DNA of 64,000 bases from Leptogorgia sarmentosa (taxonomy: Eukaryota): assembly GCA_964658305.1 (NCBI GenBank), contig OZ210885.1:1922001-1986000 (forward strand), read 5' to 3'. Below, piece by piece: positions 41,090 through 55,200 of the stretch (positions within the stretch are counted from its first letter, which is position 1; the number at the start of each line of letters is the position of its first letter). The translations under genes and the position numbers were made by a program. The notes under the pieces were generated by a model. It searched no databases, was not told the origin of the DNA, and was given only the letters and a program-made list of their open reading frames with translations.

Positions 41090-41690
41090 GGCTGCTCTCA
41101 CTGGCAATTTACTGTCGACCGTCAGATTTCTCTGTAATGAAAAATGATTCATTTTACAATATTTCAATATTAGTTTTTGCAAATATCTCCTTCAAGCGTT
41201 TCCAATTTAGTGTCGCACAAAATTATATAGCTATAACAAAATTAATAAATGTTTGCTTTACAAACTAAAATGTGATCAGTTTGTCTCTTAGTATCCTATT
41301 TCGTTTAGAATACCAAATCTAGAGAATTATAAGACATTTTTTTCTATATATACATGCAGTACTTACCAAATTAAAGTTTCTCAGACAAACTACACTTGTT
41401 TGAGTCGTTGCAACAACAAATTTCGAACATTATCGATAAAATATTCCAAGTAAGTAGCTATGTAGCTAATCAATTATGAATGCGCTGATTATTTGCGAAT
41501 TAACAAACCTATCTACTGTCTGTATTCAACTCGGTCAAAGAGATAGTTCAGTTTACGCAGCATATTTTAGAAATCGCGTTAACATTTTATTTATATCAAA
41601 GGACTATTCTGGTATTTTTGTGAATTTTATTGACGTTCACCTGAGCAAGTTGCGATTAATAATTCAGTCAAACAAGATGTACTAATTGTC

Positions 41691-43055
41691 CAACCTCGTT
41701 CCCAGGCTCTTGATCCTTTCGCTCCCCGCTTGAGGAAAGACCCTGGTCGGGGCTGGTCACGTGATTGATTGGCCTCAGGGGGTGAGGGGAAAGTCTCAAA
41801 TTACATTTTTCCACTTGAAAACGTTACATTTCAATAGTAAGGAGTGAGTAAGGAATACTAAGGACTTAAATGTTACGAATAATTACATTAGGAACCTGCT
41901 TTAACCCGCTTATTAACGTTTTGAATTATACAAGAAAACCATCTAACAACAACAAATTTTATCGACACAAGAAATCGAGCAATATGATCATGATATCATC
42001 GTGCGCTTCGTCGCAAACCTCAAGCGCCGTTTCAAATTAAAGCGTTTCCGTATTAATATTCTGTAACACGCCTTTGAATTGTTCCCATGCAGAAACCTTA
42101 CAAAATTTGTGTTTATTTCCTTGTTTATTGGGACTTATTCTTAAAAACGACCCCGGGTGTTCATACACATAGCGCCTTTGGGCAAAATTCACATCTTGGC
42201 ACAGCTGATTGCATGCATGCCAAACATAAACATGCAAGTATATTCACAGTCATTCTTATACAAAGTAAGAATAAAATTACGTATAATATTACGATATACA
42301 AATTCAAAGAAGTGAAATATCTTTTTACGATTTTTATTGTGCCGGCGCACTGTATTTATGAAGGTAATGAAACAAATATTTCAAATTGTATTAAACGTAT
42401 ATTCGAGTTTATAAAAATTATAATGTAGCTAAGTTCTACGATATGCATGGAGAGCCTTTGACTTTGCATTCTTGGATAAAACAATGTTTGATATATACAC
42501 TTCAAAGCAATTCCTGATCGTTAATATCTTTCATGAAAGTAAAATGGGATATTTTGCGGGTCGAGGTAGGCCATGTTTACAAATAGTCGGACGCTACACG
42601 ATTTTCATAAATTCCACATTTACACGTACAGTAAATCCGTTGGGCTTGAGTAATAGACAGGTTGATGCTGACAATTACATATTCCACTGTGTCTTTTGGT
42701 CCTATGTGTATTATATCATAGCTTGTTTATAAATTCTTACGGTGAAAAGTCCTCGCCAAGCGCCTTTGTTGTCTAGTGAAATCTGATCCAAGTTGTCTCG
42801 TTAAATGCAACTTAACACTCATTGTTACACAGGAAGTATTTAATAACAAATGTGAATTTTTTTAGTTCTTCTATTTCTAATTTCATGTTGCAAATATTAA
42901 TACTATCGTCCGAATCCAGAACACAAGTTGCAATTAAATAAAGCCAAACCAATTCACTCCCCTACCACCCGTCCCTAAGTAAATTGTCAATTTAGCACCC
43001 AGGAATTTTTCCTCAAGCGGGGAGCGAGAGGATCAAGAGCCTGGGAACGAGGTTG
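41691..43055. mobile_element. Mutator-like non-autonomous DNA transposon upstream of gene 4
   Basis: ~46-bp TIRs caacctcgttcccaggctcttgatcct.. / ..aggatcaagagcctgggaacgaggttg. 9-bp TSD ctaattgtc. Empty site at 51842. Confidence 0.92.
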
Positions 43056-45182
43056 CTAATTGTCACGCATGCTAGCGTTATTAGTGAATGTGTGCTCAAT
43101 ATTAACACAAATATTATTATATATAAGTACCCACAAATGCTTTTTGTTTTTTTGTGTTGCGTTTTGAAACCTTGGGAGAAAATTATAAATCCGTATTTCT
43201 ATCCAGAATTGTCTGAAAACCATAAATAGCGCTTCAGCTTACCAAACCTTTGGAAAAGAAAAAAATGAATTTGCCACGTGCACTTCCCATGAAACTAACA
43301 GCTGTGTTTGCCTGGTGGACCTTTAACATTATAACTAAAATTTGAAAAACTTTGAAATAGGGAAGTTCCATCGCCACAGCTTGGAAGAGCATTTTAAATT
43401 TGGTAAAATTACAAAGTTTTGGTTGCGAAATGTTGTAAAGTAAGGAAACTATTTGACATTGCCAAGTTGGCAATTTTTGTACACTTTCTTATTAGCTAGC
43501 TGCGCATTTTCGCGCACCGCGGGGTAACGTTTCTCCGTACGTAATACAAAAGTATACTAGAAATACATATAAATTATGCAGCAACCCCTCGCCTTACTAA
43601 CCAAATATTGCAACTATCTTTTTGGAACATGAAGTACTTTAAAGCCATGTCATGGCAACACCAACGGAAAATCATATTTCTGTATTTTTTTGAAAAATGT
43701 CAAAATGTCAGCCTTTATCTTGGTTTTATTGGCATTTTTTGAATTGTTGAACCATTTGTTATCGGTACGTTATTAGGACTAAGATAAACTTGAATTTGGT
43801 GCGAAATACTGCATTTATTTCCATGAAACTTTTTATTTCAAATTCAAGTCAGTCTTTGATATATGAGTTTCCGGCCAATGTTTGCTCATTTTAGGGTAAA
43901 ATTTGTAAATATTTTGTGAAGCCTTGCATTTAGAAACGTAAACTTATACTCTGGAATTGAACTGTTAATAGATTAAATGCGGCTACGGCCGGCGACCTTT
44001 CATACAAATAGTAAATATACGCAAAACAAAAGTTCACTGCCAACAATATATTATTGACGAATTGATTAAGTCAATTCATTATATTGATTAAGTCAATTCA
44101 TGGTCGTTTCTTCCCCTTTCTCAGCGTTTTATATCTTCTCAGAAGGCTTTAAAAGTCTTACAGCGTAGATATCGGTCTTTGTTTTCGCCTTTCCAAAAGC
44201 TTTAAGCCTTTAAAAAGCTTCTTAAACGCTTTGAAAAGCTTCGGCTCTTCATGATAGTCCGCCAAATTTTTGAGATCAGTGATGACCACCCTTCGACGAT
44301 GACCCAAAATGGCGGCGAAATCGAGCAACTTTGGACTTCGCTATGCTGTCCATTACCCGGGTGCAAATAGCCGTGCGGAATTATTACCCTCGCCCCGGGC
44401 TAACGCCCGGACGGCGCTTCGCGCCGTGGCTCGGGTTGTGTGTTTGTGTGTTTTGTATTGTGTGTTTGCGTCTCAACAACAATCGAGAGTAGTAAGCGGA
44501 GGTTCTTTCAGTAGGATACGTTCTGAGTAATGACGGAAGATCACACAATAGTTTCAAAGATATTCTTAAATTACATAGTAGTTGTCATTACGCGAGCCCG
44601 TTAAACTATATACAAATCATAAAAACATTATGAACGTGTAGGTGTGTTCAGAGTGCGAGTGTAATCTTAAACCTTAACGAATTGTTCTGACCAATAAACT
44701 GCGAGTATAGGTGTGAATGTTACTGATTGTGCGTCCGATTTATGTTGTTAAATTCGATACCTTCGTAAGTCTAGTATCTGAACAGAACAGTGCCTAATCC
44801 AATAAGTGTTCTGTCGCTATTTCACGACAAATAGTGACAGCGAAACCAATCATCGTTGTCGCTCGGCAGCGAAACCAACAGCTTTGTTTGCCTAAAGAAA
44901 ATGACATCCATAACTATAAGCTTACAGATCTCGGGAACAGGGTTATCGAGGCATGCATTTACCGAACAAACATCCAAAACGTAATGTCACAGATATTACT
45001 CATGCCAGTCGATCACACTTCATCTTTATCTAGTGCTGCTTTCGTATTATTGACCGTCATTGGCCGGAAATGAAAATATGTAAAGGCCATGACTAACTTC
45101 CGGACAACAATAGTACGGAGGACAATCTGAAATATGATTGGCTGATGAGTAAGATTTTTTTTCGTAGGTCATTTCATATAAT

Positions 45183-45412
45183 TACTCGGGCTACCGTAGG
45201 TAGACCGAGTTTAAAAATGGGCTTCGATTTTCCTTTTATTCGGTCGCGAGTTTACAAAAAACACGCGTGGGCGACACGAAGTCCTTGAACCAATGAAAAC
45301 CTTCGTTGAATCGTTTCACGCGTGGGTTCATGGTCATGCCACGCGCACTGCCAGTGGGTTCGTCATTTATAAACTTCATGTAGCCCGAGTGAGCGCATGA
45401 TAGGCGTCTTGT
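45183..45412 (+). mobile_element. Short HINE/DINE-1-like element
   Basis: Absent from the paralogous site near 35228. 5' palindrome actcgggctac..gtagaccgagt, 3' subterminal gtagcccgagt followed by a weak stem-loop; inserted at TT. Confidence 0.65.
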
Positions 45413-46259
45413 TATTACTTGGCCCGGTGCGAAATCGTAAAATATATCTTAATTTTTGGGCATAACGAATGTATACGTATTATTATAAAATGCGCATGCT
45501 TATGAAATAATATATAAGCATATAAACATTAGAATTAGTTTTGTCGGCAAGCGAAGTTTACGCTGGAAATCTGTTGACAAGCATATTTTATTGCTAATTT
45601 AAATAAAAAGAAATTAAATTAGCCATAGCGTTAACGAGCTCAAAGGATCTGAAATGCCCAGAATATTGGCTTAAAATAGGTTTTGTTTCAAATACGATAT
45701 TTATGTGTAAAATAAAACTTTATGTGTAAGTTTAAAACAATTCAGAACAAACTTTTTATGCGAATATTTTAAAGTTCAATGACATTAGTGTGACAAATAT
45801 TCTGCATTAAAAAATTAGCAATAAAAATCGGGTTGAAAGCTGATATTTTTGCCATTATTTCTTCATGTTTGAAAAATATACCGAAAAATTTGAATTGCCG
45901 TGTTGTTATTATAACAATGTCAATGTACTTCATGTTGCTAGAATATAGTCTCAGTAAGTTAGTAATTGGTAAGGCGATATGCATGTATGTTTTTCTAGTT
46001 CTACATCTTAAGTGCCCAAACAATGTACATGTACTTTTTATACACTTTGCATAATACGATTAAATTGTTGGGGATTGACTAACATTTCAAACCAAGCAGT
46101 GCAAGGAAGTGATATAAACAGGAATCACTGTTGTTCAGTTTCATTCTTAAACAAATTAGTAGTATTTTTAATTATTTCTCAGTCATATAATTCTAGCAGC
46201 AAAATCCTGTATTACCGTATTACACAATCTACAAACATAGAGAACTTACCTATTTTTGA

Positions 46260-49200
46260 CTACCATATTGGAAAGCCAATCACTTTCGAAATAATGCTTG
46301 GGCCGTTCCCTTCTCCGTTTTGAACCTGAGTATTAAGTATTTTAAAAATAAATTCGGTTACAGATAATAAAGTCATTTTAATATTAAATTAAGTTTACTG
46401 GATAGCATACATGAAGTATTCTGAAAAACAAATCCAAGAAACGTACCAGAAATACATACACAGCAATGAAAAAAATTCTTAATTTAAACTGTGAACAGAT
46501 TGAATGCGACTGAGCCGGCAATTACTTTACCCGGGTGTAAATAGCGGTGTGTATTTATTACACTCTCCCCAGGCTCGATTTGAATTGCTCTTAGTTTTAT
46601 ATGGTAATTATTCAAAATTTATGTTTTAAAGATTAAAATTTTCAATTATTGGCTATAACATCCACCGCAGAGATATGAACTAGCTCACCTGGGTTATAAA
46701 ATTAGGCGCTCCGGGTTCTGACCATCCAATTAGTGCGTAGGAACTACGATAAATTCGTCTCAGAGGGTTTTGAGCTCCAATTTTCTCTAATGCTTGGTAA
46801 GCTGCGTCGGTCATTCCACGGCTACCATCATCTTGGACGGCAATCAAAACTAGTAGTCTAAATTAGTGTGAAAGATTTATCGTCCCCTATCGCGATATCG
46901 CGATGTTGCTTGACAACAGCTGACGAAAAAATTATTGTTATAATTATATCATCTCAAGACGATTTTTCACCAGTTCAATTTGAAAAAAGCGCTATAAATT
47001 TCTTAAAAAACGAATCAAAATGATCAAAAAGGCATAGATAACTTTTGTGCATTATAACCGGCCTAACATATACTACCTTTTTTCATTACCTTTTCTCCAA
47101 TGAATTTAGGAAATTGGTTAGATTAGCGTCAGCTTTGTGTGTGTCAAACGATTTAATCTGCTGAACAATCCCTGCAAAAAAAGCCGATTGACATTCAGTA
47201 GCCTGCGCATCATCCATTTGGCTGTTAACAACGGCACTTTAACCTGTCGCTATGCGCATTATTTCAATTTCCACATGGTTAATTTTTTCATGATACAGCT
47301 GGCAGGATGCATCAACAGTTAATTGAAAAAACACATCCAGATATAGTTCTCCGTATTAGAACACCCGATTAGCACGTTTGACGTCGGCTGCCAGCCGGAA
47401 AAATGTCGCCGATTGCTCGGCTGCCAGCCGGGCTGTACTACAGTATACTGTTCGCCGCGCATTTTGGGGACTGGATCTAGGATGATTTTGAATCGAAAAA
47501 TAGCCAAAATTACGTTAAATTTAGCCAGTTTCATTGCAATACATCCTGATTCATATTTACGATGTTAATAGCCTACTATATAGCGACTCAATCAACGAGA
47601 AAAAAAATAAATTTAGCAAAGAGAAAGCGATGAACGCAACCACGGGAATCGGACGTATAGTGTATTGCGTCAGTTGCGTAATTCGCGAAACCAGACACTT
47701 ACTGCGTCACTTACCTTATTCCACCCGCACGCCGCCGCACCTCTTCACGCATTTTATGCAAATTATTGTTATATAAAGAACTCCGAAAAGGCAATTTTAT
47801 TAACAATTTGTCATGATGTACTAATATATTTCTCGACAAAAATCTAATTCTCCGATAATAAATCTACTGATGATCTGAAATAATCAAAACTATTTAACGC
47901 ATAAAGACACGTGTACAGTCAACTATAGTTTACTATAATACCACATACCCACAAGCCGAAATTTATTCGCTAAATTTATTAGCGAATAAATTTATTTGCG
48001 TTCATCGCTTTCTCTTTGCTAAATTTATTTTTTTTCTCGTTGATTGAGTCGCTATATAGTAGGCTATTAACATCGTAAATATGAATCAGGATGTATCGCA
48101 ATGAAACTGGCTAAATTTAACGTAATTTTGGCTATTTTTCGATTCAAAATCATCCTAGATCCAGTCCCCAAAATGCGCGGCGAACAGTATACTGTAGTAC
48201 AGCCCGGCTGGCAGCCGAGCAATCGGCGACATTTTTCCGGCTGGCAGCCGACGTCAAACGTGCTAATCGGGTGATTAGAACTGTCGAAGGTCACCTCCAA
48301 ACATTTTCAATAGTTATTATTATTTAAAAATTAATCCGAAGTATATGTGGATGCGGTAAATCAAACACCTACCGGGTTTACCCAACATTTTTTATAATTA
48401 CATCATCGTATCAAAGTAGTCTACGATATAACACGTAAAAATTGGGCATGATCTTGCACAATAAAGTTTAATTGTGCAAAAACAATTTTCATAGGTGTAT
48501 ATTTCAATTGATGCAAGCAAAAAACTGATATTTCGTATCAAGTGAAATTTATAAAAGTTGCATAATTTGCGGTAAGGTTGGACAGAATTCCGCCCAAGTC
48601 GGGTGGCATGAGTGATAATTCTACCTGTTGAAGCGTTGATGGTGACCAAGTTGTGACCACGGTCATGTCGAGAGTAGTCTTTTCCGTTCACCTGGATAAT
48701 CCCAAGACCCAATCCACGAGTGCGATCCGGATCTCCGTAACCTTCGCTCCTGATATGAATATTCAGGTATTCTGCAAAATGGATACTTCTAGTGAGATTT
48801 AAACAAGTTATTTCAAGAATAATGATATAGATTATCCGATAGGACTTTTTTTCCATTTGTTTGAAATGTCTCTGCATGACGGTAATATGTTTTCATTTAG
48901 TATTAAATTCTTAATTTTTCCTTAACGCAAGTTTCTAAGCTTATTTCATATAGCTAGAAATTATTCTTAGAAAGCTCACACGCACGGTACGGAGTTATCA
49001 ATTCCTAAATCAGAATCGAAAATTCCTTATGTTAATGACGACGACCAACTGTCATGAAAACAACTGGAAAGATGGCTGAAATAACTTAAAATAGGTGAAA
49101 AATTCCCTGGCTTCCATTGAAATTCCATTTCACAGGAAGCACCGCTGAAATATCTCGGGCGCCGTCAAAAACAACTGAAGATTACTGTTTCCCCCTGGAA

Positions 49201-51237
49201 ACAGCGCGGGTAATGACAATATCTAAAATTACTCGTAGCCAATGAAAAACCAAGAACGTGGCGTACAATGAATAATAATAACGATAGGTAATAATTCAGT
49301 GAGCATGTACGTATAACATTGCTGATGTCACGTATATTCCCAAACACGTACAGCCCGAACAGTCGAGGCCAGTAAGTTTCTTTATTATTGTATAATGTGG
49401 TGATATCATTTTGACGGGAATAAGAAAATAATGGCCATGTGGGAGCAAAGTACATATTGAAGCAAAATTCTGAACAACTTTTTGACATTTTTGTATGTGT
49501 AAAACCCTGTACGTCATCAGCAAATAAAATTCTATTTTCAAAACATCCTTGGATGTAATAACGTGATTTTCTGCCTAAAACATACTTTTTTTAATTGTCT
49601 TTGATGCATTTGACAAGCAACTTGCATTGTATTCCTAGAGCAAAAATAGACTTTCGTTAAAAATTGCTAATTTTCAGTACAGTACGGTACGGTACGGTAA
49701 ATAATAGTAAGTGCATTAATATGTAATTATTTTAAAAATGTCTGGAATGTAATTTGGTTGATATTCTTCAACGGGCGGCGCGAGTCAAGAAACATTTGAA
49801 TTTCATGGCCTAGCCATGTGTATCAACAAAATAATTATACGCATCGGGCCCAGAGGTGTATCCAGAATTTTCAGCCAAGTGGGGGGGGGGGGTGTTGGAC
49901 GAGGGCGCACGAATAATCGAAAAGGAGGCACTCGAATCTCACATAAAACGTTTGTAATATGTAATTTTTGAATTTTACATTTTAACGGTGGATGTGATTG
50001 TAAATAGGGAACGGTGAGGGTGACGAGGTACCACCAGGGTTTGAGCGAGAAAAATCTAAACATTAATATAACTCCTGGTTTGCCGGAAATGACCATTTCA
50101 GAGTCAATTTTTTCATGCTAAGTCTCTTAACCAAAACCTAAAAAACCATAGAAGGTCTGTCCACACAAATATGTCGTTTTTAGGCGCTGTCACAGAAAAG
50201 GATGGATCCGCCAGTGCGATAGGGCATAAAAATCAAGTTTTTCATTGCGTATTTTCCGGGCGAAATTTCAAACTTTTGTCCTAAACTTCAAACATAGTTG
50301 GTGACAGTCGCATTATTTACTAAAATACGATAAATTTGGTTTACACTTGTTGTTTCCATAAAACAAAATTTACCTAATTCAACCACATTGCCTCCCAAAT
50401 ATGGCGGATTTAAGGTCGATCTGGTCGCATAGCGACAAAAAGACTAATTGCATGTTGTGTTTGTAAAATGCAACAGTTAAGTTTTTTTGGATCTTCTCTC
50501 GAGGGATTTTGTCACCCCTTCTGGGTCTACAACAATGATGCAATACTATTCCATTAACAATGACATGTTTTTTACCTTCAAAGGGAAATCGAGGTAAACA
50601 TGATCGTAAGATGAATTTTTTTCCAATAACTCCTGGGTTGTATTGTAGACAACGTTATGCAACATTTCACAATTTGATTGATTCTGTGAAGCCAAAGCCG
50701 TTTGGTAGTTGATTGATCTACAACATCCCTCCATAGCACACGTCAGCACACAGTCTATCTTCTGTGACACTTGTATTGCCTTGAACACTGTCGTATTGAG
50801 TCTGGCGCCTGCAGTGAGCAAAGTGAATTACTTTAAGACTTGGAACACCGAAAAAATTCTGCTACGCAACCGCGGTCGAAGCAAATTGCGATATCGTTTT
50901 TAATCTTCTTGATATTGATGTAAAATTTGAGTTTTTCAAAGTTCAAATGCAAAGAACCTGACACTCATTATCATCGCGGCCACCACTCCTCCTTTGCCTG
51001 TGAATTTTTGCAAATCTTTTGCCGGGATGAAACAAATTCCTACAACGTGAGTGATATTCGACAAGGATCCTACATTTTATAGGTTTTTTATAGATTTTAT
51101 CTTATACCTGACCTACCTTCAAGACTTGCATTAAAACAAATTCTTGACGAGTCGATTGTTTGACTCTGCAAAATTGCAATACCACAAAAATACATTGCCG
51201 TCAAAGTATGAAGTGAATTGAATACCAAATAATACAT
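46260..51237 (-). CDS. Gene 5: leader + PAN/apple-like (type A) + ILEI/GG-type lectin domain protein (7 exons, ~288 aa), recent duplicate of gene 4
   Basis: Exons 51237-51117, 50808-50576, 49634-49586, 48771-48625, 47171-47090, 46857-46689 and 46325-46260. Total 867 nt, open frame. Confidence 0.85.
47362..48273. mobile_element. Foldback-type DNA element with ~275-bp TIRs and a 7-bp TSD in a gene 5 intron
   Basis: cacccgattagcacgtttgacg.. / ..cgtcaaacgtgctaatcgggtg. TSD attagaa. Empty site at about 37340 in gene 4. Confidence 0.92.
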
Positions 51238-52258
51238 GGCTGCTATCACTGGCAATGTACTGTCGACCGTCAGATTTCTCTGTAATGAAAAATGATTCAT
51301 TTTACAATATTTCAATATTAGTTTTTACAAATATCTCCTTCAAGCGTTTCTTCCAATTAAGTGTCGCATAAAATAATATAGCTATAACAAAATTAATAAA
51401 TGTTTGCTTTAGAAACTAAAATGTGATCAGTTTGTCTCATTCGTTAGTATCCTATTTCGTTTAGAATACAAACCAAATCTAGAGAATTATAAGACAATTT
51501 TTTCTATATATACATGCAGTACTTACCAAATTAAAGTTTCTCAGACAAACTACACTTGTTTGAGTCGTTGCAACAACAAATTTCGAACATTATCGATAAA
51601 ATATTCCAAGTAAGTAGCTATGTAGCTAATCAATTATGAATGCGCTGATTATTTGCGAATTAACAAATGTATCTACTGTCTGTATTCAACTTGGTCAAAG
51701 AAATAGTTCAGTTTACGCAGCATATTTTAGAAATCGCGTTTAACATTTTATTTATATCAAAGGACTATTCTGGTATTTTGGTGAATTTTATTGACGTTCA
51801 CTGAGCAAGTTGCGATTAATAATTCAGTCAAACAAGATATACTAATTGTCACGCATGCTAGCGTTATTAGTGAATGCGTGCTCAATATTAACAAGTATAT
51901 TATAAGTACCCACAAATGCTTTTTGTTTTTTGTGTTGCGTTTTGAAACCTAGGGGAAAAATTATAAATCCGTATTTCTATCCAGAATTGTCTGAAAACCA
52001 TAAATAGCGCTTCAGCTTACCAAACCTTTGAAAAAGAAAAAAATGTATTTGCCACGTGCACTTCCCATGAAACTAACAGCTGTGTTTGCCTGGTGGACCT
52101 TTAACCTTATAACTAAAATTTAATAACTTTGAAATAGGGAAGATCCATCGCCACAGCTTGGAAGGGCATGTTAAATTTGGTAAAATTGCAAAGTTTGGTT
52201 GCGAAATGTTGTGAAGGAGAAAACTATTTCACACTGCGAAGTTGGCAATTTTTGTACA

Positions 52259-55200
52259 TTTTTGTATCTGCGAACGCAGATACTATGCTATGACCCTGTT
52301 AGCTGTTAGCTGTTAGCTGTTAGCTGTTAGCTGTTAGCTGTTAGCTTCTAGCCAATCAGCGACGAGCTTTTGCTTATAATTACGTAATCCAAGATGGCGG
52401 CGTTCGAGGAGTGAAGGCGATGTTCGATCGGATTTTTGCCAAAATGTGAAGTGCAGTGTTTAAGTACGACGCTTTAAGCAAACAATCTTGACTTTGCAGG
52501 TCCCTGTCAATGTGCAGTTGTAATTTAACAAAGGATTTGAAACGGCAGCGTGCTGTTTTATCGGCCTTTCGATTTGTAAATTGAAAATGCGTACAGAGCA
52601 CACTGTCCAGATGGCCGACTCATGAACGGTTTTGTCACAGCACGCTATATAAAAACTGGATACATTCTGTTGAAGTAGCCTGTTCGCAGGTTAAATCTAA
52701 TCATATTCAAGATGGCGGTCAAAATTGAAATAAGGCCAAAACACGATAATGACATTTACATGTAATATTAGGTAATCCCACGATATTCAGTATAAAGCCA
52801 TAGTTTTATGCATATTGGAGGCACAAAGAAAGTTTTTTCCCAAGGAATTTCTTCGTATTTTTCACGAAGGAGGAAGGTGAGAAATGCTGTATATGAGAAC
52901 AGTCAACACTAACATCATCGCATATTTAATAAGACAGCATGCTGATTTAGGAAATCTGTTTGAGTATAGTTCTAGGTTTAAATGTTTTGTGCGTTAGGCT
53001 TTGATGTTGGATTAGTTTCATATTTAGGGTTAGCTTTAGTTTAGGTTCATTATTGCTTGCAAACCAATACTTTAGTGATAGATTTAAGCGCAACCTGGAC
53101 TTTTTAGCATATCCGATTGCGCTTTCCGAAAACTCATCCGTCAGTTCTGCTTCACCATTCGCAGATACATGTGCGCTTTGCGAACCTATTTTTGTATCTG
53201 CGAACGCAGATACTATGCTATGATCTTTCAGCTGTTAGCTGTTAGCTGTTAGCTGTTAGCTGTTAGCTGTTAGCTTCTAGCCAATCAGCGACGAGCTTTT
53301 GCTTATAATTACGTAATGCAAGATGGCGGCGTTCGAGGAGTGAAGGCGATGTTCGATCGGATTTTTGCGAAAATGTGAAGTGCAGTGTTTAAGTACGACG
53401 CTTTAAGCAAACAATCTTGACTTTGCAGGTCCCTGTCAATGTGCAGTTGTAATTTAACAAAGGATTTGAAACGGCAGCGTGCTGTTTTATCGGCCTTTCG
53501 ATTTGTAAATTGAAAATGCGTACAGAGCACACTGTCCAGATGGCCGACCCATGAACGGTTTTGTCACAGCACGCTATATAAAAACTGGATACATTATGTT
53601 GAAGTAGCCTGTTCGCAGGTTAAATCTAATCATATTCAAGATGGCGGTCAAAATTGAAATAAGGCCAAAACGATATAATTAAATAATTTAATGACATTTA
53701 CATGTAATATTAGGTAATCCCACGATATTCAGTATAAAGCCATAGTTTTATGCATATTGGAGGCGCAAAGAAAGTTTTTTCCCAAGGAATTTCCTCGTAT
53801 TTTTCACGAAAGAGTCGAAGGAGGAAGGTGAGAAATGCTGTATATGAGAACAGTCAACACTAACTAAACATCACTTATTTAATAAGACAGCATGCTGATT
53901 TAGGAAATCTGTTTGAGTATAGTTCTAGGTTTAAATGTTTTGTGCGTTAGGCTTTGGGGTTCGATTAGTTTCATATTTAGGGTTAGCTTTAGTTTAGGTT
54001 CATTTATTGCTTGCAAACCTATACTTTAGCGGTAGATTTAAGCGCAACCTGGACTTTTTAGCATGTCCGATTGCGCTTTCCGACGACTCATCGGCTCATC
54101 CGTCAGTTCTGCTTCACCATTCGCAGATACATGTGCGCTTTGCGAACCTATTTTTGTATCTGCGAACGCAGATACTATGCTATGACCCTGTTAGCTGTTA
54201 GCTGTTAGCTGTTAGCTGTTAGCTGTTAGCTGTTAGCTTCTAGCCAATCAGCGACGAGCTTTTGCTTATAATTACGTAATGCAAGATGGCGGCGTTCGAG
54301 GAGTGAAGGCGATGTTCGATCGGATTTTTGCCAAAATGTGAAGTGCAGTGTTTAAGTACGACGCTTTAAGCAAACAATCTTGACTTTGCAGGTCCCTGTC
54401 AATGTGCAGTTGTAATTTAACAAAGGATTTGAAACGGCAGCGTGCTGTTTTATCGGCCTTTCGATTTGTAAATTGAAAATGCGTACAGAGCACACTGTCC
54501 AGATGGCCGACTCATGAACGGTTTTGTCACAGCACGCTATATAAAAACTGGATACATTCTGTTGAAGTAGCCTGTTCGCAGGTTAAATCTAATCATATTC
54601 AAGATGGCGGTCAAAATTGAAATAAGGCCAAAACACGATAATGACATTTACATGTAATATTAGGTAATCCCACGATATTCAGTATAAAGCCATAGTTTTA
54701 TGCATATTGGAGGCACAAAGAAAGTTTTTTCCCAAGGAATTTCTTCGTATTTTTCACGAAGGAGGAAGGTGAGAAATGCTGTATATGAGAACAGTCAACA
54801 CTAACATCATCGCATATTTAATAAGACAGCATGCTGATTTAGGAAATCTGTTTGAGTATAGTTCTAGGTTTAAATGTTTTGTGCGTTAGGCTTTGATGTT
54901 GGATTAGTTTCATATTTAGGGTTAGCTTTAGTTTAGGTTCATTATTGCTTGCAAACCAATACTTTAGTGATAGATTTAAGCGCAACCTGGACTTTTTAGC
55001 ATATCCGATTGCGCTTTCCGAAAACTCATCCGTCAGTTCTGCTTCACCATTCGCAGATACATGTGCGCTTTGCGAACCTATTTTTGTATCTGCGATCGCA
55101 GATACTATGCTATGATCTTTCAGCTGTTAGCTGTTAGCTGTTAGCTGTTAGCTTCTAGCCAATCAGCGACGAGCTTTTGCTTATAATTACGTAATGCAAG

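Noticed and set aside
39010..49541. Identical 107-aa and 81-aa ORFs in two places
   Set aside because: Intronic sequence copied by the recent duplication; identity reflects recency rather than coding constraint.
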